DNA of 64,000 nucleotides from an uncultured Candidatus Saccharibacteria bacterium (GTDB lineage Bacteria; Patescibacteriota; Saccharimonadia; CAILAD01; BJGX01): NCBI GenBank assembly GCA_964610335.1, contig CAZSVP010000001.1, positions 23,057 to 87,056 of the forward strand, read 5' to 3'. Shown piece by piece: positions 56,645 to 64,000 of this stretch (position 1 is its first letter; each line of letters starts with the position of its first letter). The notes under the pieces were generated by a model. It saw only the letters and a program-made list of their open reading frames with translations, ran no database searches and was not told where the DNA came from. The position numbers and the translations under genes were made by a program.

Positions 56645-58287
56645 GTGTTCTTACCGGAATATATGTCCTTGATTTGACGTAGCGGATGCAGTGCCCTACG
56701 TAGAACAATATGTGCTTCGTCGACATGCATAAGAAGTGTTAAACCAAAGAAGATCGCAACACCTGCACCACTGATAACTATAAAACTTGGTGCCAACGAA
56801 AGAAATCCAGTTGTAGTCTTATATAGCGGAAACACACGACTAATAAGTAAATACATTGCAACAGAAGACGCTGCTGTTGCGAGAGTGATTTTGGTGGTCT
56901 TGATGAGTAATGCTTTGCCGCCATAATTACCAATCTTATTTCGTAACAAGTACATAAGTAGTAGTGCTTCGTAGAGTGTAGAGACAGACAGCGCCATTGC
57001 CATACCTTCAACTCCAAATCGGGCCGAAAGCGCAAAGCTCAAGCCAATGTTTATAATAATTGAACTCAAGCTAGTGTAGAGTGGGGTCTTGGTGTCTTCG
57101 ATGGCATAAAACGCTCGTGCCACCATATAAAAAACACTTTGGGCGACGATTGTACCAGCCAGCCACCCAAGCGTGTTGGCAGTAGTTTGATCACCAAACC
57201 CAAACAGTAGTCGCACTATATAGCCACGCATTACAAACGCAATTGCGGCTGATGGTATCACCAAGAAAAGTATGATACCCAAATCATGAACAAATAGTTT
57301 ACCCATACGAGCTTTATTGTTGCCTTTGACAGCTCGAATCAAGCTTGGGAATGCCGCCGTTGAGATTGCCGCGCCAAACAAAGCCACGGGGACATTCTTG
57401 AGATTATTCGCGTAGTAGTAAGAGGCTAGACTACCTACGCTAAGCCGAGATGCAATCGCTGTTTGGATGATCCAATTGAGTTGATCGATAGTAAGATCAA
57501 TTGAGCGCGGAATCATAAGCTTGATAACCTTCCAAACCCCTGGCAAACGAAAACTTAGTATGAAACCATAACGAAAGCCTAGGCCACTGACTCCTAGTAT
57601 CTGCACGACTGCTTGCAAGAATGTGCCTAACACGACACCCCATGCGACACCGTATATAGGATCACTCGGGAAGAACTTGGCAAAGAATACTATACCTACA
57701 ATGATTCCAACATTGTAAAATATGCTAGCGAAGGCAAATAGAAAAAAACGATTAAAGGCTTGTTGAATAGCCCCAAACACACTGGCAAGTGCGAAAAAGA
57801 ACGGCGTAACCAGCATAATACGTGTAAGGTTGACGGTCAGGTTGAAGCGTTCTTGGTCAAACCCAGGTGCAAGAAGCTTGACTAGCGGACCTGCAAACAC
57901 AAAGGCAATCACTCCAAAGATCATCGTACCAACGCATAAGATGTTGAGTAATGAGTTTGCCAGCTGCCAAGCAGTGTCTTTCTTATCCTTTTCAAAATAT
58001 CCTATAAAAACAGGTATAAATGCTACTGCAAACGCACCCGAAACAAGTAGTGTAAACAGTAGATCTGGGATGCGAAAAGCGGCTGTATAGGCATCAGTAC
58101 TAGCACTAACACCAAAATTACTAGCCAGTAAGCGATCACGTACCAATCCAAGCACGCGTGACAACAAGTAACTCAGTGAGATGATGAAAGCCGCGATCGA
58201 TAGCGAACGCGACTTATTGAGACGAGACAATAAGTTCTTCATTGGTAGCTTATTATAGCAGCTTCGTAATCTGTTGTGTAGCACCAA
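56641..58287 (-). CDS. murJ: lipid II flippase MurJ (MviN)
   Basis: 14 TM helices, with …LSRVLGLVRDRLLASNFGVSASTDAYTAAFRIPDLLF…, the MurJ N-terminal signature. Confidence 0.85.
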   Translation of the reverse strand: MVLHNRLRSCYNKLPMKNLLSRLNKSRSLSIAAFIISLSYLLSRVLGLVRDRLLASNFGVSASTDAYTAAFRIPDLLFTLLVSGAFAVAFIPVFIGYFEKDKKDTAWQLANSLLNILCVGTMIFGVIAFVFAGPLVKLLAPGFDQERFNLTVNLTRIMLVTPFFFALASVFGAIQQAFNRFFLFAFASIFYNVGIIVGIVFFAKFFPSDPIYGVAWGVVLGTFLQAVVQILGVSGLGFRYGFILSFRLPGVWKVIKLMIPRSIDLTIDQLNWIIQTAIASRLSVGSLASYYYANNLKNVPVALFGAAISTAAFPSLIRAVKGNNKARMGKLFVHDLGIILFLVIPSAAIAFVMRGYIVRLLFGFGDQTTANTLGWLAGTIVAQSVFYMVARAFYAIEDTKTPLYTSLSSIIINIGLSFALSARFGVEGMAMALSVSTLYEALLLMYLLRNKIGNYGGKALLIKTTKITLATAASSVAMYLLISRVFPLYKTTTGFLSLAPSFIVISGAGVAIFFGLTLLMHVDEAHIVLRRALHPLRQIKDIYSGKNT

Positions 58288-58311
58288 ACCAGCTGAAGCT
58301 AGCTATCCAAA

Positions 58312-61300
58312 TTATGGCTGAGTCGTGATAGTTTGGCTACTTGTAGTTGGCTCAGGCACTTGTGGTGACTGTTGTTTTTTGAGTAGCTCTATTTCGGCTT
58401 CAAGCTTTTTAAGTCGATCTTCGTGATCTTCTACAATTCCACTAAGCTTCTTGAGCTCGGTAGAAATAGACTCAAGCTGTAATCCTTGGTCTGCTAACAG
58501 CTTGTTAACATCGTCAATCTTACCGCCTTGTTCTTGCACGGCCTTGGTAATAAGAGCTGTAACCATATCATAGTTAAAGCCCTCAATCTTGCCGTCGCGA
58601 TAGAATACTAGCCGGTCATCAACCTTTGCTGCTTCTTCCGCCACAAAACCAATTGCTGCCCTATCATCTGTATTATAGTTAAAGCTAACCGCTCGGAGCT
58701 TCATAAGATCATCCAACCCAAGGCTAAGATCCTCTATGTTATGTTTGTAGCGCTCCGATGAAACATTACAAACACCGGCTTGCTTCACTAGTAACCCGCT
58801 GGCATCAACACATACGTACTGGCTCGATGCACCACCATTGGTAACATTATTAATATCGACCGTACCACCAGCTATGGCCAACGTGTTGTTATTGGTGACA
58901 GTATACGGACCTCCTGTACCAAGTCCGATACCAACTGAGCCATCACCATCAACTGTCATGTTTTGGCCAAAAGCCGTTGATACTGATCCATTTGCAGCAT
59001 TGGTATATCCAAATGATGTTGAGTCTAAACCCGTTGCAGATGTCGACTGGCCAAAAGCGGTGCCATAGTTGTCTGCCACTGTCTGGTACCCAAAGGCTGT
59101 GGCATAGAGTCCAGCATCTGTTTGAAATCCAAAAGCGGTGCCATAATCTCCACTAGCTGTTGTTTCAGCCCCAAATGCGGTAGACCCACCACCAAGCGCA
59201 TTTGTCGTGAGCCCAAAAGCAGTAGAATTGTCGCCCGAGGCAATCGAACCTAACCCAAAAGCTGTAGAATACTCACCGCTGGCAGTTGTACTTGCTCCAA
59301 AGGCTGTAGCGCCTGTGTCTAATGCATTAGTATCAAACCCAAATGCGGTTGAGACTGCACCTGATGCCACTGAGGAGAACCCAAATGCGGTTGAGTACCC
59401 ACCACTAGCCAAAGTACCAGATCCAAAGGCAGTGTCAGCCAAGCTTGAGGCAGTTGTAGCATTCCCAAAAGCTGTAGAAAGCGTACCACTTGCAACCGTG
59501 CCAGCACCAAAGGCAGTTGATTGACCACCACTAGCAGTACTGGTGTTACCAAAGGCTGTTGAGTAAAGACCGCTGGCAGTAGTAATGGTTCCAAAAGCTG
59601 TAGCACCCTGGCCAGTGATAGTATTGGTAAACCCAAACACAGTACCATAGACTGCGCCTGCACCAATTGTATGCTGATGTCCAAATGCAACTGCACCGGT
59701 AGCACCAAGTGGAATCACGTTATTGTCACCAAAGGCAGTAGAACCGATAGCGTTGGCTTGATTGCCTTGACCAAATGCGATACTTCCTTCTTCACTTGCA
59801 GTGTTTAGCGTCCCAAAAGCAACAGCATAAAGGCCAGATGCGGTATTATTGGTGCCAAAGGCAGTCGAGTAGTTACCGCTTGCAACTGTAGTAGCACCAA
59901 ATGCCGTAGACCCAAAACCACTTGCCAATGTGTCATCACCAAAAGCGGTTGAGCGGATTCCGCTTGCCTCAGTATTAATACCAAATGCTGTAGAATCAAA
60001 ATTAGAAGCAAGCGTATCGTGGCCGAAGGCTGTGGTGTTTGAGCTTGTGGCATCACTACCATTGCCAAATGCAGTTGAGCCAGTTCCCGATGCAATAGTA
60101 TTTATACCAAACGCAACAGCACCGTCATTAGTGGCCTGTGTGGTAGCGCCAAATGCCACTGACCCAAATCCTGATGCCAGCGTTCCAACCCCAAAAGCGG
60201 TTGATTGATTGCCACTAGCGACCGTGCCCAACCCAAAGGCTGTAGCTGTATTACCCGAAGCATCAGTGCAAGCACCAAAAGCGGTTGCGCTAAATCCTGA
60301 TGCAGTTGGATTGGGCAATAATGCACTTGCACAGTCTGTAGCTGGCACTAGATAGTAACTACTACCAAATGATGTAGCAAAGTCACCACTAGCAGTTGTA
60401 GTGGCACCAAATGCAGTGCTCTCAAAGCCGCTGGCGATTGTCCCTTGACCAAAGGCAGTTGAGCCAAAGCCGCTGGCGAGAGATGCAAAACCGAATGCAG
60501 TTGATGCTTGACCATCTGCGTGCGCGATAATTCCGAAAGCAGTTGAGTTGCTCCCACTAGCTATGGAACCGCTACCAAAAGCAGTACTTTCAAATCCACT
60601 CGCTATGGTATTGTCTCCAAAAGCGATTGAATAATCGCCTATTGCCTGTGTGGTTAAACCAAATGCTGTTGAAAATTCTCCACTAGCTAATGACCCGGAT
60701 CCAAACGCAGTCGAGCCTGTTCCACTTGCTTCTGTATTGTCGCCAAGAGTTGTAGATAGTAACCCACTTGCAATTGTACTAGATCCAAGAGCGGTTGAGT
60801 TTGAACCACTAGCAATATTATTACTACCAAGAGCCATAGCATTGTCGCTCGTTGCCTGATTATGAAAGCCAAGTGCCACAGTGTAGTGATCACTGGCTAC
60901 ATTGGTGTCGCCCATTGCTAATGAGCTAAAACCGCTTGAAGTATTGAAGATCCCAAATGCCATTGCGTAGGAATTGTTAACAATATTGCCTGCGCCAATC
61001 GCAGTGGCAACCACACCAGACACGTTATTGTTGGAGCCGAAAGCAACTGATCCTAAGTTTGAAGTAATATTGTCTATTCCGCCTGCAATGCTAGATGTAC
61101 CGCTGGCAATATTGTCTTGCCCCACTGCTATTGAGTAGTATCCAACATTGGCGTCATCCCACTGAGTCCCTGTGACAGTACCGGCTCTCAATGCTGCCTT
61201 ACCTGGGTTCCAAAACATTAGAGACTTACCTGCCCCTGGAGCAGGTAGAATAGGTGCAGCCGTACCGAGAGTTCCGGTAGCAATTAGACTACCACCGGCC

Positions 61301-61833
61301 GTTGCGTCAAATGTCAGATCAAAACCATTTTGCGGCAAGGTAGTATTGTGAAGCAGCGGATTAGTACCAAACTCTAGTGTTGCACCACTTAGATATGTAC
61401 CGTTTTGAGCTGTGGTAACTCCTGGCCCGCCTGCTGGACCGGTTGCACCAGTCGCACCTTGCAAACCAGTTGCGCCCACAGGGCCGGCCGGACCGGGTAT
61501 TGGCGAGGTTGTGATTTGTTGAAGAGTTTGCTGAGTATTAGTCACAAACTGTTGCAGTTGAGAAGATAGGTTGTTGAAAGTAACTGTTTCACCAGCAATT
61601 TTTAATCCAGTCACACTGCCGTCAGCTAAGTCCGTCTTACCAACTAAGCTACTATCAGGCGAGGGACACCAGCGGTCATTGAGCCCAAGCATACGGATAT
61701 ACCATACATCAGTACAGAGGCCACGAAGTATAATCACTATCACTAAAAACAATGCAGCTAAGCCGACTAGTAGCCAGATGAGCCAGTGACTATTTGATTG
61801 ATTCTTATCTTCTGTTGACTGACTTGTCGCCAT
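58312..61833 (-). CDS. N-terminally membrane-anchored surface fibre protein: collagen-like G-X-Y segment + ~50 degenerate 14-residue (ASGxxSTAFGxxTx) YadA-head/Hep_Hag-like repeats + C-terminal phage tail-spike-type intramolecular chaperone (peptidase S74-like) domain with coiled coil
   Basis: N-terminal TM HWLIWLLVGLAALFLVIVIIL. GPAGPVGATGLQGATGATGPAGGPG (8 GXY triplets, 61420..61500). A long run of S/T/A/G-rich 14-mers. The C-terminal 149 aa begins SSERYKHNIEDLSLGLDDLMKLRAVSFNY, matching the S(D/E)RxxKxNI start of auto-cleaving endosialidase-type chaperone domains. Confidence 0.65.
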   Translation of the reverse strand: MATSQSTEDKNQSNSHWLIWLLVGLAALFLVIVIILRGLCTDVWYIRMLGLNDRWCPSPDSSLVGKTDLADGSVTGLKIAGETVTFNNLSSQLQQFVTNTQQTLQQITTSPIPGPAGPVGATGLQGATGATGPAGGPGVTTAQNGTYLSGATLEFGTNPLLHNTTLPQNGFDLTFDATAGGSLIATGTLGTAAPILPAPGAGKSLMFWNPGKAALRAGTVTGTQWDDANVGYYSIAVGQDNIASGTSSIAGGIDNITSNLGSVAFGSNNNVSGVVATAIGAGNIVNNSYAMAFGIFNTSSGFSSLAMGDTNVASDHYTVALGFHNQATSDNAMALGSNNIASGSNSTALGSSTIASGLLSTTLGDNTEASGTGSTAFGSGSLASGEFSTAFGLTTQAIGDYSIAFGDNTIASGFESTAFGSGSIASGSNSTAFGIIAHADGQASTAFGFASLASGFGSTAFGQGTIASGFESTAFGATTTASGDFATSFGSSYYLVPATDCASALLPNPTASGFSATAFGACTDASGNTATAFGLGTVASGNQSTAFGVGTLASGFGSVAFGATTQATNDGAVAFGINTIASGTGSTAFGNGSDATSSNTTAFGHDTLASNFDSTAFGINTEASGIRSTAFGDDTLASGFGSTAFGATTVASGNYSTAFGTNNTASGLYAVAFGTLNTASEEGSIAFGQGNQANAIGSTAFGDNNVIPLGATGAVAFGHQHTIGAGAVYGTVFGFTNTITGQGATAFGTITTASGLYSTAFGNTSTASGGQSTAFGAGTVASGTLSTAFGNATTASSLADTAFGSGTLASGGYSTAFGFSSVASGAVSTAFGFDTNALDTGATAFGASTTASGEYSTAFGLGSIASGDNSTAFGLTTNALGGGSTAFGAETTASGDYGTAFGFQTDAGLYATAFGYQTVADNYGTAFGQSTSATGLDSTSFGYTNAANGSVSTAFGQNMTVDGDGSVGIGLGTGGPYTVTNNNTLAIAGGTVDINNVTNGGASSQYVCVDASGLLVKQAGVCNVSSERYKHNIEDLSLGLDDLMKLRAVSFNYNTDDRAAIGFVAEEAAKVDDRLVFYRDGKIEGFNYDMVTALITKAVQEQGGKIDDVNKLLADQGLQLESISTELKKLSGIVEDHEDRLKKLEAEIELLKKQQSPQVPEPTTSSQTITTQP

Positions 61834-61896
61834 AAATTACTCACCACAAAAACCTTATGGTAAAAGTATAGCATAAAAATATGGTTATGAAGCCAG

Positions 61897-63744
61897 TTAT
61901 TTTGCTGGCTTGGCCTTGCGCTCGGCTGTGACTTGTTTGTCTATTGGAGCAAATAGTTTTTCGAACTCAGGTCCTTCAAGAGTTTCTTTTTCAATCAAGG
62001 TGTTGGCAATTAAGTCGAGTTGTTTGCGGTTTTTGACAATCACTTCTTGAGCTTTTTTACTTGCTTCATCTATCAGCTTTGCTACTTCGTCATCTATCTT
62101 GGCAGCCATCTCTTCAGAGTAACTACGGCCCTCGCCCATACTACGGCCCAAGAATATTGAGCTCTCACTATCACCAAAGTAGCGATTATTAAGCTGGGCG
62201 CTCATACCGTATTCAGTTACCATACGTCGAGCTAGCCCATTGGCGTGCTTAAGATCACTCTCGGCACCAGTAGTAATGCTATCATCTCCAAACACTACTT
62301 TTTCAGCCGTGCGTCCACCAAGACTCATAGCTAGGTCATCACGAAAATCAGCAATAGAATGCAGATGTTTGTCTTCTTCCGGCAAACTCCAAGTTACTCC
62401 ACCCGCCATGCCACGGCTCACAATCGATACCTTATGAACAGGGTGGCAATGTGGCAACAAGTGGCTTAGCAAGGCATGTCCAGCCTCATGAAAAGCCGTG
62501 ATCTTCTTTTCTTCGTCGTTTAGAATATGACTTTTGCGCTCTGGGCCGAGGGCAATTTTTTCAACTGCCTCATGGAAGTCAGACTGCTGTACCTTCTTGC
62601 GGCCCGAACGAGCAGCAAAAATCGCCGCTTCGTTGGCAATGTTGGCTAGGTCAGCACCAGATACACCAGGTGTTTTGCGAGCAACTTCTTTGAGATTTAC
62701 TCCTGATTCAAGTGGCTTATTCTTGGTGTGAACTTCGAGTATTTCCTCACGAGCTTTCAGATCTGGTGCATCAAGAGTGATACGACGATCAAAACGACCT
62801 GGCCGCAACAATGCAGGGTCCAGCACATCAGGGCGATTGGTTGCCGCCATCACAATCACGTTGGTACCTTGCTCAAACCCATCCATCTCCACCAGTATTT
62901 GATTGAGAGTCTGCTCGCGCTCATCATGGCCACCACCCAAACCAGTACCACGTTGGCGACCTACTGCATCGATCTCATCAACAAATATAATACATGGCGC
63001 GTTCTTCTTGGCCTTGGCAAATAAGTCACGCACCCGGCTTGCACCAACACCAACAAACATTTCTACAAACTCTGAGCCTGAGATACTAAAGAATGGTACA
63101 TCGGCTTCACCAGCGACTGCACGTGCCAACAAAGTTTTACCAGTGCCTGGACTACCAAACAACAGTACACCTTTTGGAGTTTTAGCGCCCAAAGCCTCAA
63201 ACTTAGCTGGGTATTTGAGAAATTCTACAATCTCTTCAAGCTCAGTCTTGGCTTCGATGTTGCCAGCAACATCGGTAAATCTAACCTTTTCTTTTTCCAG
63301 CCCAGATACTCGCGCCTTGCTACGGCCAAAGTTCATTGCTTGATTGTTGCTGCCCTGTGCCTGGCGCATAATAAAGTAGAAGAATCCTATAATAAGAGCA
63401 ATTGGCAAGAAGGCTAGTATGATATCAATCCAGCGACCTGAGCCGTCATCTGGGTTCTTTGGTTCTACCTTGACCTTGCTATAGTCTATTCCGTAGTCTT
63501 TGAGGCTAGTTGCATTTTCCTTATACGATTCTTCCTTGCCACCGTCTTTGAGGGTGACTGTGAGTTTGTTACCAACTAGCTCAATCTTCTCAACCTGTCC
63601 TTGATTGGCTTGTTCCAGCACTTTACTGAGCGATACTTGAGCTGGCTTGGGCTCGTTGTTCATGAATATCAAGTACAACAATACTAGCGCTATAGCAACG
63701 CCTGATATATAAAACACGTTTTTGGGAATATTTTTTAGATTCAT
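61897..63744 (-). CDS. ftsH: ATP-dependent zinc metalloprotease FtsH
   Basis: Two TM helices, an AAA+ Walker [22 protein letters not shown], the SRH motif, and the zinc motif HEAGHAL. Confidence 0.95.
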   Translation of the reverse strand: MNLKNIPKNVFYISGVAIALVLLYLIFMNNEPKPAQVSLSKVLEQANQGQVEKIELVGNKLTVTLKDGGKEESYKENATSLKDYGIDYSKVKVEPKNPDDGSGRWIDIILAFLPIALIIGFFYFIMRQAQGSNNQAMNFGRSKARVSGLEKEKVRFTDVAGNIEAKTELEEIVEFLKYPAKFEALGAKTPKGVLLFGSPGTGKTLLARAVAGEADVPFFSISGSEFVEMFVGVGASRVRDLFAKAKKNAPCIIFVDEIDAVGRQRGTGLGGGHDEREQTLNQILVEMDGFEQGTNVIVMAATNRPDVLDPALLRPGRFDRRITLDAPDLKAREEILEVHTKNKPLESGVNLKEVARKTPGVSGADLANIANEAAIFAARSGRKKVQQSDFHEAVEKIALGPERKSHILNDEEKKITAFHEAGHALLSHLLPHCHPVHKVSIVSRGMAGGVTWSLPEEDKHLHSIADFRDDLAMSLGGRTAEKVVFGDDSITTGAESDLKHANGLARRMVTEYGMSAQLNNRYFGDSESSIFLGRSMGEGRSYSEEMAAKIDDEVAKLIDEASKKAQEVIVKNRKQLDLIANTLIEKETLEGPEFEKLFAPIDKQVTAERKAKPAK

Positions 63745-64000
63745 ACTAATTCACAAACTAGTTGAGCAGTGGCTTGGTCAGCTTGATTGGTAGTGTAGCG
63801 ACGGTCATTTGCCAGTGTTGGCACCCAAACTACTTGATTGTCGGCGGTTACCACAATCGGCCAGCGACGGCGAAGATTGCGTGGGACCTTCTGATCTACA
63901 AACACATCTTGCAGCTTCTTACTACCAGTCATGCCATAAGGCTTTACACGATCACCCGGCTGCCAATAGCGCACATACAGATCTGACGTGTTGGTGTACG
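63741..64000 (-). CDS. tilS: tRNA(Ile)-lysidine synthetase TilS, C-terminal part (N-terminus lies beyond the window edge)
   Basis: The C-terminal domain …WQPGDRVKPYGMTGSKKLQDVFVDQKVPRNLRRRWPIVVTADNQVVWVPTL… matches the TilS C-terminal substrate-binding domain. Its stop overlaps the ftsH start. Confidence 0.65.
   Translation of the reverse strand, partial: YTNTSDLYVRYWQPGDRVKPYGMTGSKKLQDVFVDQKVPRNLRRRWPIVVTADNQVVWVPTLANDRRYTTNQADQATAQLVCELV

Noticed and set aside
58838-60893. Numerous + and - strand ORFs inside the fibre gene, and the possibility that the periodic DNA there is a CRISPR array or satellite.
   Set aside because: The periodicity is a degenerate 42-nt coding repeat (14-aa protein repeat) without identical direct repeats or unique spacers. 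The alternative ORFs are repeat-driven frame artefacts such as poly-PKAVE.

Overview
This reads as a 64 kb chromosomal fragment of a low-GC (about 42%) bacterium with a Gram-positive-type envelope and a reduced genome. It is most consistent with a Saccharibacteria/TM7-like CPR lineage: sortase, type IV pilin, RNase Y, YmdB, minimal TsaB/TsaE, and strong co-directional gene packing. The standard genetic code is in use, since TGA acts as a stop. Everything below comes from reading the sequence and translated ORFs; no database search or HMM was run.

Housekeeping content:
- lower glycolysis (pyk, eno, pgk) together with a MOFRL glycerate kinase and a D-2-hydroxyacid dehydrogenase;
- two membrane-anchored polysaccharide deacetylases;
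- an orphan sensor histidine kinase;
- ruvABC, yebC, comEC;
- an hrcA-grpE-dnaK-(NYN)-dnaJ operon preceded by a CIRCE-like inverted repeat;
- lepA, murJ, ftsH, tilS;
- seven tRNAs, including a five-tRNA cluster.

Four regions stand out:
1. A sortase-headed surface-protein locus (15.8-24.0 kb). Three tandem paralogous secreted parallel beta-helix proteins carry a CSLREA-like N-terminal motif and no sorting signal. Two ~110-aa mini-proteins, each just a signal peptide, a short Gly/Ser/Tyr segment and an LASTG sortase signal, sit between and after them, each translationally coupled to the preceding large gene by an identical TAA-ataaggagcatt-ATG junction. Consensus promoters are duplicated in front of the large paralogs.
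2. A 2.6 kb island (11.77-14.41 kb) at about 55-62% GC, bounded by GC hairpins, encoding a GNAT-like acetyltransferase, a membrane protein and a solitary FtsX-like permease. It looks like horizontal acquisition from a high-GC donor.
3. A 1173-aa N-terminally membrane-anchored fibre protein: collagen-like triplets, about 50 YadA-head-like 14-residue repeats, and a C-terminal phage tail-spike-type (S74-like) intramolecular-chaperone domain.
4. A four-gene ATP-grasp cluster, including RimK and a fusion of an ATP-grasp ligase to a retropepsin-like zinc-protease domain.
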